Positions 10,343 to 23,770 are shown, counted from the whole stretch's first letter. The stretch is DNA of 63,840 bases, filler included, from Lenisia limosa (GCA_001655205.1; 11 parts of 11 records of this genome joined end to end with filler, not necessarily neighbours in it), one strand, 5' to 3'. Numbers and translations are program-made. Notes: generated from the letters alone by a model not told the origin.

Positions 10343-13300
10343 ATGCTCCGCTTGTTTTTCCTTTTACTGGTAACAACTTTTGCCTTTGCCTCTGAACGTA
10401 AGTTCACTGAAGGATGCAAAATGGTAAGGGGTGGGGGGTTGGGTGCCTGGGAGCTTGAGGGAAATACCTGTTCCAATTTAATTGGCGATTCAACTAATCG
10501 CACCTCTTCCCTTCATCCTTATGTTTGTTTTTCTTTCTCATCATTATTCAAGGCTGATGGAGCCGAAGCGTTCTGCGAAGATGGGTTGTCACATTTGAGC
10601 CTTCCAGATGGTGGGTCAGTCACTTTGAAACTCGGTTTTCTGACCCGTCAATTCATTCTGAAATAGTGATTAGTAAAAATGTGTAGTCGATGATTTGTTA
10701 TTAAATACCAAAAAAAAAAGTTAAATTTAAACCTAAGAATTGGAGTTGCTCATAATTTGTCCTTTGATTCATTCTTGCACCCTTTCACTCTTAGATGATG
10801 TGGTGGAAGTTGTGCTTCTTCGTGCCCCCGTAGGCTACAGGACCAGGGGAACTTTTTTTTTTTTTTTAACCCAATTTAATATTTTTTATTTTTTCTACCA
10901 ACAGAGGAATTCTAGTTTAACCCGAAGTAGCTCTTCAAGGCCAAGCTCGGACCGGTTCTTGCCAAGTTCGACCTTTACCATGCTGGTGTTGGGTTCATTT
11001 CGAAGAAAACAGGCCGATCATATGACGTTGACTTTGGTAAGTAGAGCGGATGTAGATTTGCTGCATTTTTTATTATATGGGCTTCACTTTAGTATGATTT
11101 TCTCGATAAATCCTCTCTGAATTTAAAATTGAAAATCCCATTCCAGTTTCAACTGTGGAGCATTTTCACCCTTACCCTCCCTCTAGTGGCAGTGTTTGAT
11201 ATGGTGGCATCCGTGTACCCGAACTATACTTCTTCGGGACAAGAGCTTTGGTGCAATGATGGTCTGATTTTGAGAAGGGAAGAATACCGTTGTTGATCTA
11301 ATAGTCTTTTTTTTTTGTTTGTTATAGCGACTGATCTGGGCTTTGTTTTGCAGCTTTCAAGTTTGTACTGGTAGTTGCAGATTATTCGACTCGTGATTAT
11401 TTTTTGCAAATATTCTTCCTCGAAATCTTATTCACTTTACCCCCCCCCCCCTTCCNNNNNNNNNNNNNNNNNNNNNNNNNNNNNNNNNNNNNNNNNNNNN
11501 NNNNNNNNNNNNNNNNNNNNNNNNNNNNNNNNNGGGACTATTACGACCACGTAACTGCGCTGACTGGTGCACAATTCAATGAGCTCGAAGTACGATGGGT
11601 TTATCATATTATACATGTTCATCTTCTCCTAGTACTTTGAATAAAAGTATTATATGATCTATATCATGTAGCTATATGATTCTCTCTTATATGATAGTTT
11701 TGACCATGACGAGATTTCCCTTCTTGAAAATTGTTAGACTTTCCACGGTCAGTGTATGTTATATAATCTGTTGTTCTTCTACATTTTCCGATTCCTCAAT
11801 TCAGAGAAATCTTAAAACTAGTAATAAATAAATAGCGGTCATTTCGTCCGTTAATTGTATCTTATCCCCAGGTTTGGCTGAGGGACTTCAACAACACTTA
11901 CACCACTTATGAACTGTTCACTGTGAAGCAAGGCAAGTATGCTGTTCATTTGATCTGGCCGAATCACAAGCTTTTATTGGATACTTTACCTTTCTAGAGA
12001 TGCTCCAGTGGACATTATGGCACACACCTGCTTTGAGTTCGCTTGGCAGGTGTTCAACAAGATTTACGGTGTGATTTCTCAAAATAATTCAGTAATGTGG
12101 CAAATTTGATCGGCAGTTTACTGTAACATATATAATGGGCTGTGGACTTGTCTCTTCTTGGATGTCTTTTGACTCTTTCATCTCCTGCTCCGTCTCTGTA
12201 TCTGTTGGTTTGTTCTAAATGGCATGAAGTAGGGCCCGTGCAATTAATTGAACAATAAATTTCAAAATGCGAAGTCATATTGAATTAAACACAATTCCAG
12301 ACACATTGATTTCTAATTTTGTCAAGTTCTTCATTTATAGGATTAGGGGGTGGTCCATGTTGTCCCCACTCTTGTTGAAAATTGACAACCTAGATCTCGG
12401 AGGTCGATTCTCTCCTGATGAAGTTCTCAGCAAGAACGTGGTGAATCTATTTGCAAGCTCAATTGAGGTTTGACTGGCAATTTGTATTACATAGCTCTCC
12501 GTTTCACTGCTGATCCCCCTTTCAGAAAGTGGATATGACAATCACTGCCAACATCAAGGCTGTCGCTGAGTTCTATGCTGGTCTGGGGGGATAAAATGGT
12601 TTCCAAATAGTTGGGGGTTTGATTTTTGTTTTGCTTTGAAATTACTCTTTGCTTAATCAGCAATATTTTGACAAGTGTTATTAAAAAAATATGATATTAA
12701 AATAATAAATAAAGGAAAATGGATATGATGTTGAACTATTTCAGAAATGGCAAACCACAGTGGTTCACCTGAGGAATTCATTTCCTTCTACAGAGACCTA
12801 GTTGTAGGAATGGGTATTTTGATTTTTGTAGTATTTCCAGCACGTATGATGCCTATTCTCTTTTTTAAGGATTGTATAGTTTCTGTTTTTAATTCATCTT
12901 GTCCCATCCGCGTTTAACTAGATCCACCATTCAAATCGCTGTTCATTTCACAGGAGCTTCCAAAATACCTCTACCATGAGAAGGCCTACTACAAGCTCCA
13001 AGATATGGTGGCACCATTCATCAACTACGACTTCGCCAGGTCACCTCTTCCGGGTCAGCACATTAGCTTCTAGTGTTTACATTTTCGATTATTCTAAGTC
13101 TTCTTGTTCCTGCTCGAAGGAATTGTTGTTATTTATTCTTTCAAAACCTCTCAGTTCGGTAACTCCAGCCAGCTTATCAGAAATCAGGGGTATTTTATGG
13201 AACAATATAGCCTTTAAACAGTTCTACAAGAGCCTCACACGAGGAAACGTCTAAATATGTTAATCTAGCATATTGCAATTGATCTTATCACGTCTTATTT

Positions 13301-13344
13301 CAGGTCTGCCAAGCCTCTCACAAGTGGGTACACCCCCCCCCCCC
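10343..13344 (+). CDS. CLN5: CLN5-like lysosomal protein (BMP synthase / NlpC-P60-like fold), signal peptide, about 12 exons
   Basis: MLRLFFLLLVTTFAFASE; DDVVEVVLLRAP|LFKAKLG..LYHAGVGFISKKTGRSYDVDF (cf. human EVFRLQAPVWEFKYG..IMHDAIGFRSTLTGKNY); ELWCND; HVTALTGAQFNELEVWLRDFNNTYTTYE; AHTCFEFAWQVFNKIY; ELPKYLYHEKAYYKL..APFINYDF. Confidence 0.85.
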
Positions 13345-13401
13345 NNNNNNNNNNNNNNNNNNNNNNNNNNNNNNNNNNNNNNNNNNNNNNNNNNNNNNNN
13401 N

Positions 13402-15325
13402 TCTTTTTCTAAATTTCTGCTCCATCGCAATTCTGTAGAACTGAACGAGTTAATAATAGCTCTAACATAATCCTTGCCCCCCCCCCCCCATGGTAGGGTA
13501 ATCCTTCCTGAATAACAAACAACAAATTACCATCACTCACTTTGATGATTTCCTTGGATGCAGCCCGCGCGACGGACATTGCTCGGAATACATCATCTCC
13601 CATGCTGCCGATGGAGTGCAGCGCCAATAGGTCGCTCTGGGGGAGGGGTGAGAACTTTTTCAAATTATTTCATATTTTTAGAAGAGTAACATGTAACCTC
13701 AATATAAATGCAATCTGAAAACCACCAACCTGATTTTTAGTATCAGCAAACATGAAGGTTGCATAACTGATGTCTTTTTCCTCTTCGGCATCCAAATCCA
13801 GCACTAATCCATCCAGAGTCACACCCACAGAGAGGGCCGCTGCCTGATGGGGGGTGGAGGGTTGGAAATTTATGAAACACAATAAAACTCTGATGGCTCG
13901 CAACACACGAGCAATAACCAAAGCAGGTGCATGTATATACTTCAATCACCGTTTTGTAACAACAAGTGTGAAAAGCAGTTAAAACGTACAGTATCATTGT
14001 TAAGAAGTGTGAAAATGTAGCAAGGTGAAAAGAGACACCAAAATATTCATGGATATTTGATCAAAAAAACATATCGTACTGGGCAATATAAATGGATTGT
14101 ACGATTTAAGATTTCATAAAACTGAAAAAAGGGGATCTGGTAAATATCATTCTAGTATCTCCTCACCATACAGGACATTTCAACCCCGGCATCCATGAGG
14201 GCTAAAACGGCAGCATTCAGCACACAAGCAAGAATCTAAAGTGTTTATTCTTTTGCTTTTGAAAATGGCCATCCTGTACTTACAATATTGATTGTGACTA
14301 AAACTGAAACCGTACCAGCACCACCACCTTCGATACCAACCACAGGTTCACAGCTGAGCATGCAAGCGTCAAGGGGAATGTACAGAGTGGAACCGCTTAT
14401 TGCAGTAAAGACCCTCACTCTGAACACACTTTGGCTAAGCCACCCCAGCCGTCTCGCATGCTCAGCGGTGAACTCGTCGGCTCGAAGAAATACACGCAAA
14501 AAAAATATCTACAGGATAATATCTTAAAAGTTGAGACACGTGGTTTAAACCCAAGTATATTAAGATGATAAAGTCACCCCCCCTCTAACAGCTCCATCAT
14601 CCTTTTCAATTATGACATGGACAACAATTTGCGTTCTTGGGTGGAGTGTTTTGAGAATGAGGCTGTCCAAGGTCTTGTGAACGTAATCCTCAGCCATGCT
14701 CTCAAAAGGTGCTATGGAGTCAGCGATGTCACCAAGAGTTATGTATGCCAACAGATAGGATAACAGTATTCTTTTGTAAACGGTACCAGAAAAAAAAAAA
14801 AAAAAAAAAAANNNNNNNNNNNNNNNNNNNNNNNNNNNNNNNNNNNNNNNNNNNNNNNNNNNNNNNNNNNNNNNNNNACACCTGTTGTTTCAACTTGTCT
14901 TTTAACTCGCACGGATAGTGAAGTACCTGTTAAATAAATTTTAATCCTATCAAGAGAGAATGTGGTGGTAACTGGGCGTCACTGTTGAAAACAAGCCTAC
15001 CTTCGAAAGACTCCTTTGACATTGGTGCATCAGATGGACCAAAAACTGACGCAATCGCCTTGGACTGTCCTACAAAAATCATTTTCAGAAAATAAAATGT
15101 GCAGAGAAAACAAATATACTATTAGTTATCGGACACAGGAAGAGAGAACAGCTAGGGGAAAGACTGCATTATTGCAAACCCATGCTGAAAGATGCTGATC
15201 CATCACAGCGGTCAAAAACGGCCAAATTTATCTCCAATTGTCTCTATATTGTTAAATTAAGAACTAGAAGAGGGAAAAGGTACCATCTGCGAAGGGACAC
15301 GTCCTCCTGCTCTTTCAATTCCCAT
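13402..15325 (-). CDS. EXOSC5: Exosome RNase PH-like subunit RRP46
   Basis: MGIERAGGRVPSQM|RQLEINLAVFDRCDGSASFSM|GQSKAIASVFGP..|..LKTLHPRTQIVVHVIIEKDDGA|ACVLNAAVLALMDAGVEM|..LVLDLDAEEEK..|..FYRIAMEQKF. Confidence 0.9.
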
Positions 15326-15466
15326 TTCTGTACTTCTTCTTGGACGTATATACTGAGAATGTTTCCCAATCGTTCGTGTTTAATACAATTTTTAATTTTG
15401 CCTCCTTTCGGCAGATTCCCCAAAGACTCCCCAGGTATTATATATCCCCTTCCATAAAAGAAGAAA

Positions 15467-18400
15467 GAGTTAGAGCGAGGTTGGAGCGAGGAATTAGCCG
15501 AGAAGACTAGAGAAGAAGTTGAGAAGAAGGCTCAGAAGANNNNNNNNNNNNNNNNNNNNNNNNNNNNNNNNNNNNNNNNNNNNNNNNNNNNNNNNNNNNN
15601 NNNNNNNNNNNNNNNNNNNNNNNNNNNNNNNNNNNNNNNNNNNNNNNNNNNNNNGGACATACGCCAAAACTCTGGTCAAGAAAGATACGGTCATTGACTT
15701 GACCAAAGAAAAGACAACGATTTCATCTCTCTCTTCAGAGCTTCTCCAAATCCCCAATTCAAAGATGATAAAAAAGAAGCTCTCAGCTGAGGAACGCGTA
15801 GGTTCAGCCAGACAAAGATTACAAATCGCTTCGGTAGGTGATGGGAAAATAGAGGATTCAAATATTCCAGCCCCCCCCCCCCCNNNNNNNNNNNNNNNNN
15901 NNNNNNNNNNNNNNNNNNNNNNNNNNNNNNNNNNNNNNNNNNNNNNNNNNNNNNNNNNNNNNNNNNNNNNNNNNNNNNNNNNNNNNNNNNNNNNNNNNNN
16001 NNNNNNNNNNNNNNNNNNNNNNNNNNCCTTTTTATTGTATTAGATTCCAAGCCGGTTACCATGCCGCGAGAAAGAAGTCAAACACATTGCCACATTTATC
16101 AAGAATATTGTCAGCTCTAAAACCCGTGAGCGTTCCTGTTTTGGTTCATCCTGCTGTTAATAGGCTGAAAATTAGAGATGAGGAGCCTGAGTAGAAAGAG
16201 TGCTTTGTCACCGCAGTTTAGGTCGCGGCGGTTCACTTTATTTATCTGGAATACCTGGTACTGGAAAGACTTCAGCTGTTCGTCAGGCAATCACAGACTT
16301 GAAGGAGACTAAGGTGGGGAAATGAAGGACAGTTAATTAGGGGTGAACGTGTAACATTTTCCGCGCTTCTTCATTCTCTTTCACAAATAACTTCGTACAA
16401 AGTATTTAACTGACAGAAATTAAACTCCTTTTGTTGTCTCACAGTTCATTTATTATCTTGTTCCTCAGAACCTCCCCTTGTACGACCTGGTACCCATCAA
16501 TGGAATGAGACTGACCAACCCCGGCCATGCCTATTCCCAAATCTGGTCCGTCGTTTCTGGCTCCAAGAAGAATGTCAGCATTTTGCATTGTATCTTGATT
16601 ATAAAAAAAAACCTTGTAAATGTTACCCGTCAGGTTACACCTAGTAAAGCCTGTCAGCTCCTCGATGAATATTTTCAAGGAGGCAAAGGCAAAGCCATCA
16701 TCATTATCGTTGACGAGCTTGACATGCTCATAACAAAGTCCCAAGACGTGGTATATACTCTATTCGAGTGGCCGCAGGTGTGTTGACTCTCTTTAATGAG
16801 AATAAGAGTGTATTTTAGAAAAAAAAAATATCACGCTTCGTAATCAGAAGATTGTATTGTTACGGTCAGATACTTCTTTATTTTGTTATTTCTCATTGCC
16901 TTATATATCATATGGTATCCATCTTTAGGTATTGAAAGCAATTTAACTCTTTTCGTCGTTTCAGTTTTATAATATGATGCGAACCTTACAAACAATATTA
17001 TGAATTCCACTTGCCATCTCATCCTATTAGCTCCAAAAGTGCTCCTGTGGTGTGATTGGAATCGCCAATACAATGGACTTGCCAGAAAGAATGTTGCCCA
17101 GAGTATGGTGATGATAATGTTGACTGCCTTGAAAGTGTTGTCAATTCCCCCAAACTCTGTTTGAACATTCACTCTATTTTTTTATTAGATTTTTAACTTC
17201 GTTATCAGCAGTTTCTAAAAACCTCCGCATTGTTCATCTTTTGATACTCCAAGGTGGACAGTCGACTTGGTTTAGATCGTGTCATCTTCGGCCCGTATAC
17301 AGTCGAGCAACTGAAAACAATTATTATGAATAGAATCACGGTTTGTTGGGGAAATCCACTCGTATTATTTTATGAAGAGCACTTTTATGGTGACCTCACA
17401 ACGGTCGGCTTACCCAAAGGTAGTACCAATGCAGCTGCTCTGCTCATATAGCAATGAGAAATAAAAAAAAAATAAGGTTGTAGTTGACCGAAACCGTCCA
17501 CACCATCACGCTTTTAAGAGATATTGGATTATAGTATAGTATTAATTCACCCAACCATTTGCCTTACATGTGCACACAGCTTTCTGTGTGTCTAGCATAC
17601 ATTATAATATTATCAATTATTTGGAGAATGAGACATTAAACAAGGGGGTATCTAGCCTAAGCCCCTTTACAATAGTGCAATTATATTACTTGGACGGGAC
17701 CTTAGGAAAACCTCTTTAACTTGTTAACAATTTTTTCTTAGTAAACTGAATTCACACAATCAGAGCTTCACTTAGTGATTATTTTTCTGCTCTTTCACTT
17801 TATCAAATTTCTGGCAAGACTTTCAATATTTTGTGAGATCACCGATTTGTCTCAAACGTTCATCTCTCCTTTTAATTACACAGGGACTGAACATCTTTGA
17901 AGATGATGCGGTCGAGCTATGTTCTCGAAAAGTCGCCTCCGTTTCCGGGGATGCTAGAAGAGGCCTCGAAGTTTGCCGGTAGGTTTATATTAGTTGTGTG
18001 TTCAGTTACTGTTCGTTTGTTGAGTGTATTTATAATTATAATTCTCAGGCGAGCGGTGGAGGTTGTCGGGGAAGGCAAAAAAGTGACCATGAAAGATATC
18101 AATGCAGTTATCAAAGTAGGAGCTTTGATTGTTGTTGTTTTTGTTTTGGTTTTTTAATGAACACCTCACCTTGTAGAATATGACATCATCATGTACCAGC
18201 ACTGCTCTGAAGACCCTCCCACTCCACGGCAAGCTGTTGGTAGTGGCTATTCACTGTATTATGGCCCGACTCAACACTATGGACGCTGATATCGAAGAGG
18301 TTTGTTGGAAAGTTTTTGGGACGGTAAAAGGGACAATATGCAGAAATGAGAAATAAAAGTTGATATAAATGCTTTTATTCATCCATCCTCGACACAGCTT

Positions 18401-19405
18401 TCTAATGCTTATGATCCCTCCTCTTCAATTCTCATCCCCCAAGGTATTTTCAATGCACGGCGCCCTCAGTCGTCGGCTGAATCTAACTGACCCCCTCTCT
18501 ACCTCTGTTATTCTTAATATCCTGTCAACCCTAGTCTCGCAGAGGTGGGTGGTGATGCAATATAACTTGATTCACCTTGAGAAAGGGTTGGTTACCAATA
18601 TTATAGCGAGATGTATACCGTTTGTTTGATGGGGCAATTTCTCGATGTTCAATGCATCACTTTTCTCTTGTCAAATGATTTTATCTTTCAATAATAACTA
18701 TCAATTCAGATAGCAAAGGATTTAGAACAGGAAATTGTTTGAGATCACCCAAAAAAAGAAAAATGAGAGAACGCTTCTTTTTTTTATTATTATTATTATT
18801 ATTGTATTTTTGTTTTCAAAAAAAACACTTGTGCAAGACTCGAACCCAAAAAGTTTGAGGTACATCTCGNNNNNNNNNNNNNNNNNNNNNNNNNNNNNNN
18901 NNNNNNNNNNNNNNNNNNNNNNNNNNNNNNNNNNNNNNNNNNNNNNNNNNNNNNCAGACAAATATCTTACATACTACATAAAATGATGTATTCTACCTTA
19001 TCACTTGTATCTTGAAAGCATCATATGTATGATCTATGTATACAGATAATATATGATGAGTTGTTCCTTTAGCATTAATAAAACTTGTTTGTCTGACTAT
19101 GTAGTTTGGTTTACTGTGAGCCTGCACCCCCAGCCTATCCACGTAAACTCTCGGTTGGAGGCTTACATCATTACTGATGATAGTTATGCATTATTTACTT
19201 AATACTGGGCTACTTTGAGGAAGGGTGTCATTCTAAATTTGACAATGACTATTTGATTTAGGCTTCGTTTTTTCATTAGCTCAAAAACACAAATTCCACA
19301 TTTTTCATTGAGTAGGTTGCAGCAGACGAAATTTTCGGAGCCTATGGTGATGATGAGCGATTAAGTACAATTCTGAGAGAGTTACCTGGGGCTGACACTG
19401 ATTAA
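15467..19405 (+). CDS. ORC1: Origin recognition complex subunit 1 (ORC1/CDC6 AAA+ family)
   Basis: Walker [14 protein letters not shown]; [17 protein letters not shown] (ORC1-type); Walker [11 protein letters not shown]; [11 protein letters not shown]; [13 protein letters not shown]; [16 protein letters not shown]; C-terminal [12 protein letters not shown] ending at 19405. The N-terminus is unclear because of gaps. Confidence 0.9.
17453..17595 (+). repeat. Element X copy, ORC1 intron
   Basis: Near-identical to 475-613; ends GCACACAG-CTTT-CTGTGTGT-CTAG. Confidence 0.9.
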
Positions 19406-19644
19406 TAATATAGGTGGGTAGCTTCATTTATTTTTCTGGCGTGTCTTGTTCGTATCCTATTTATCCTTAACTCTCTTTGAAAAAATAATCTGGCTCGAAT
19501 TCAGGAGTACCTCTAAAAACAATATTAATTCGACAAACAGCAGCTCATGAAACCTACATACATGTGAACCATCTTACTTTATAGGTCTTTCTCTGTTTCA
19601 TTCTAAGTTATGGTTATGGTAAGTTGGTTTCAATGGATAGTATT

Positions 19645-21359
19645 TACATGTTAGTAAGAGGATTCAGGATGGACCCTAGTGTAACTGAGCGATATGTAGA
19701 GTTGCAAGACCGGGAATCAAGAGGTGGATCCTTTCTCAGAATTGAACGGTTCAATACTAGCAAAAAATATTCTTTCTCTATGGGGGATAAAACATTTGTT
19801 TGCCCAATCCGTCACTCGTATCCATTGGATTATAATTCACCCAATCAATTGCCACCTCTGCCCATTCAGCTTTCTGCGTGCCTCCCCAGATATGATGATA
19901 ACATGAGGCTTGTTGGTAATATAATAATAGGAAATCTATTGAAAACATCGAGACCACACAGAAGCCAAAAAGGTAAAATTAAAACAAAAAATAACTACAA
20001 CATTAAGAAAATCAAACCCAACAAAAAAAAACCAACATCACAATCGATTTACATCTTCAAAAGAGCCATGCACTCAGTAGGTAACAGTTCCTAAATGGTG
20101 AGTATGTAAGAAATTGGAAGAAAAAGAGCTATGTTAAAAAGTCAAAAGGCGTTTTTAGAATAATAAGCTCAACCGTTCTATGCACCTCACCTTTTCCTTA
20201 TAAAGCAAATCACGGTTTTCGATGATTTTGGCTTCAATGTTTTTCAGAACTGTTTGGTCCTCCAATTTTTTCCAGTCGATATCACTACGCTTTGCTAGGT
20301 TTCGGCTGTCCAAAACGTCTCCCTATAGTCATTATTGTTTTTATCCAGCCATACATACATATCATATAGATATATGATATGTAAACACATATGATACATC
20401 ATATAGACAGATTGATAGATAAAATATGATATAGCTATACTACATTTTCTGATTAAAAGGTTTAACTATGACGCATTTCCTCATCTGATATGTACGCTGA
20501 TATTCGAACTTAAAAAAAATATTCTCTCCCCCACTCACCAATTTTTTCGAATGATTGGGGAGAGTTAAAACTTGCGATTTAAGAATGGCTAAAACAGTGA
20601 ATTCACATAAAATGGTAATGAACCAAAAACATATAAAAAAAATTTTGACGAAAATGGGCAATTCAAACCACAGACAAAAAACCAATGTGAAAAATGAAGG
20701 TAGCGTCAAAAACCAGGTACTGGTAGAAGCTATCCGTAAGCAACCCCCCCCCCCCTCTCACCAATAATAGCCACTTTGGCATCGGGGACGGGCATCAACA
20801 GCGGCTTTTCCGCTGAAGAATCCACAATTGATATTTGCTCATAGATCAACATCCGGATATCATTGATATTGTGAAGGAGCTGGACAAAAATGAGTCGAAA
20901 GGTGTCAGCCAGAAAGTTTCTGATGTATCGCATAGTTTCATTTTTGCTCTCAGATATAAAGAGAATATCTTTACTGTAACCTTTCAAACCTGTTTGAGAA
21001 CATCATCTGAGATGTTCTTAACAACAAGGGGGTTTCCAATCAAAAGCTTTTGGAGAACTACAGGGTAAGTAAGCATGGACATAAACAGGGCAAACCTTCA
21101 ATGTGTTTGGGGAGGGTTTGAATGATGACACGGACAGCAATTCCGGCTTCCGTTGTTGACAGACGGCTTCTGGGCTCTCTAGGAAGGTTAGTGAATTCAA
21201 AGGAAAGAAGAAACTTACTTTTTCAGACGGGCAACCGCGGGCATCGCTCCAACTATATCAACATTAAAATGCACCATTTTAAAGGCAAATGGACGAGTTA
21301 ATCCCGGTTCAAGAGTGATTGGTCTTCCGTCACAAACCTTTATCTTCGACTTCGGTCAT
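19645..21359 (-). CDS. Hypothetical multi-exon protein, divergent from TOP2
   Basis: Splice-bounded exons MTEVEDK|VGAMPAVARLKK|EPRSRLSTTEAGIAVRVIIQTLPKHIE|VLQKLLIGNPLVVKNISDDVLKQ|..|GDVLDSRNLAKRSDIDWKKLEDQ..; family not recognised. Confidence 0.5.
19809..19888 (+). repeat. Element X, diverged 5'-truncated copy
   Basis: CCGTCACTCG..ATTGGATTATAATTCACCCAATCAATTGCC..CTCTG..CAGCTTTCTGCGTGCCTCCCCA. Confidence 0.75.
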
Positions 21360-21630
21360 CTTGCCTTCCAAAATGCGTTCAGCTAACGAATTCAAATTAA
21401 AAACGTCGTGAAAAATGGATTTTTGAAAAAAAAAACAAGTTGATTGACTTAATATTCGATATATTTCGATAAATATTGATATAATATAGAGTATAAAATG
21501 GGTTTTTAGGCTTGCGAGCGAGGGCTGACTGATTGATATTTAGACTTAATTAATACTGAATTAATATGTATAAATATTAAGGTCAAAGGGGGAAGATTAA
21601 AAGACCAGACATTCTTTTCAGTCACCGACA

Positions 21631-22677
21631 ATGAGTGAGAACATGAAAAACAAGGTTGGTTAAGTGTTATGTTTGCAATTTTACCAAGCTTATGGAGGCC
21701 TGTCCAATTTCTGACGAACTTTTCTTTAGGCTAAGGGTATGAGGGCGTTTTACGGGTCGATATTTATATTTTCTGTGCGTAATTGCGTATTTCCTAAGCA
21801 GAAAAATGACACACTTCAGGCAAGTCGGTTGAAGAAATCTATCAGAAGAAATCTCAGCTGGAGCACATCCTCCTTCGTCCTGACACCTACGTTGGATCCA
21901 CAGATAAGACCACTCAAAAACTTTGGGTGGTAGACAATGGCCGTGAGTTCCTTGGTCATTTACCACTTTCTGTAACCGTCTTAGGTATGGTCGAGAGGGA
22001 AGTGACGTATGTCCCCGGCCTCTTCAAAATCTTTGATGAAATCCTTGTCAATGCTGCAGATAACAAACAGAGAGACCCTACCATGGATTGCCTCCGAGTC
22101 ACTATTGACCCTTCAAAGAACATGATCTCAGTTTACAATAACGGACAAGGTCAGCTGACTGCATTTAGGCCTCTTATGGAAGTGATTCACATTGTAGGAA
22201 TTCCTGTTGAATTCCATGAGAAGGAAAAAATGTATGTTCCAGAGCTAATCTTTGGTCATCTTCTGACCTCTTCCAACTACAATGACGACGACAAGAAGGT
22301 TGTCGGAGGACGTAACGGTTTTGGTGCCAAGCTCGCTAACATCTTTTCCACCAAGTTCATCGTTGAGACTGCTGACGGTGAGGGGTCGTGGCAGGCTTTC
22401 TTTTGGACATTTTTTAATTGGCTTGGAGATGAATATGGACCATATGAATGCAGGGGTAATTTGTTATGACTCCTAATAGCCAAACTTTTCCTGATCTTAC
22501 CCCTCAGACCAGTCCGACCAAACCTTCAGACAAGTGTTCCGCAAGAACATGACCCAACGTGATGAGGCAGAAATCTCTCACTTCACTGGTAATGAAACAT
22601 CTCATACAAAGATCACGTTCTTCCCCGACCTGACTCGCTTCAAAATGGACTCCCTTGATGATGATACTGTTGCGTAT
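21631..22677 (+). CDS. TOP2: DNA topoisomerase II, N-terminal ATPase part (truncated)
   Basis: KSVEEIYQKKSQLEHILLRPDTYVGS; VPGLFKIFDEILVNAADNKQRD; PELIFGHLLTSSNY..GGRNGFGAKLANIFS; TKITFFPDLTRFKM. Confidence 0.98.
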
Positions 22678-22777
22678 NNNNNNNNNNNNNNNNNNNNNNN
22701 NNNNNNNNNNNNNNNNNNNNNTTAATTAATTAANNNNNNNNNNNNNNNNNNNNNNNNNNNNNNNNNNNNNNNNNNNN

Positions 22778-22873
22778 GCTTCACTTTGGTTCGAAAGACA
22801 CCGGTAAAATATCGATAGTTTTTGAGGATTAATCGAGAAATTCAGTCTTTTTTCGAACCGAAGTGAAGCCCTA
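22778..22873. mobile_element. hAT-type MITE (subfamily A), left end at scaffold edge
   Basis: GCTTCACTTTGGTTCGAAA...TTCGAACCGAAGTGAAGCCCTA; ~25-bp TIR. Confidence 0.85.
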
Positions 22874-22968
22874 GACATAGTACAGAAGGATAACTACAAA
22901 GTAAAAAATCACCAGAGGTATAATAACAAGTCTTACTATATGTATGTAACGGGGTTATTATGGGGCTC

Positions 22969-23014
22969 TGATGTGGACGGCTTCTGCCAGGCACAACCTT
23001 AATTTTTGCTCATT
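22969..23014 (-). repeat. Element X fragment
   Basis: TGATGTGGACGGCTTCTGCCAGGCACAACCTTAATTTTTGCTCATT. Confidence 0.7.
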
Positions 23015-23035
23015 GCTGCATTTCACACCTCTCAG

Positions 23036-23651
23036 GTATGGACCTTCAAAAATGTGAGAACGTGTATCTGGCCACCGAAATTGCTCTCAAAATTGCGGAC
23101 ATCAGCCACGGCTTGAAGGTCAGCGTTTCGCCGTCTTTATTATAAATAGGGATTCCCAACGGTCCGAAAAAGACCGTCAAAATAATAGCGGTATTTATTG
23201 AAGATTTATCGAGAAATTCAGTCTTTTTTGGGACTATAGGGAAGCCCTAATTATTAAGCATGAAAGGGAGAATGCCAATCTGTAAATCTTTTTTCTTTTA
23301 AAATCCGCTTAGTATTGTCTCTTATCAAACTGTCATAATGTCTCTCATCCTTTAACCTGTCATTATATCCATCCTTAAACCTTTTCAGACGTGGGAGTCG
23401 ACGCGAGAGTGGAGTTACAGAATACAAGTCGAGTTCTTCGAACAGGTAGAGCTTGTTTTAATCAAAATGGTATTATCACACTTTTTTACTTTTCAGAGAG
23501 TTGATTGTGATTTTGGGTTCTATTTATTTTTCATAAATTTTCCAATTTACCCCCCCCCCTTTGCAGGGCGACCATGAGAGGGACTCCGGAAACATGCCGT
23601 CGGCCTTTATGGACCGCCGGACCCGCAATATACCGAAGAGCCAAATAGGCT
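23036..23651 (+). CDS. Class I 3',5'-cyclic nucleotide phosphodiesterase, catalytic C-terminal fragment
   Basis: IALKIADISHGLK|TWESTREWSYRIQVEFFEQ|GDHERDSG..SAFMDR..IPKSQIGF matches the PDEase_I motifs LKxADISN..W..EFF.QGD.ER..MDR..Q.GF. Confidence 0.9.
23147..23249. mobile_element. hAT-type MITE (subfamily B), PDE intron
   Basis: TAGGGATTCCC...GGGAAGCCCTA; flanks ATTATAAA/ATTATTAA (7/8 TSD). Confidence 0.85.
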
Positions 23652-23770
23652 NNNNNNNNNNNNNNNNNNNNNNNNNNNNNNNNNNNNNNNNNNNNNNNNN
23701 NNNNNNNNNNNNNNNNNNNNNNNNNNNNNNNNNNNNNTCGTTTTGAAGGTTCGGGGGGTGGGTGAAGTTT

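Noticed and set aside
12581-12594. Apparent in-frame stop or frameshift after a G6 run in CLN5
   Set aside because: A GT donor at 12581 removes it and restores frame into the next exon (AEMANHS...).
18833-18850. B-box-like GGTTCGAGTC (minus strand); similar GGTTCAAATC at ~27985
   Set aside because: No cloverleaf or A-box nearby; no tRNA gene is supportable anywhere in the window.
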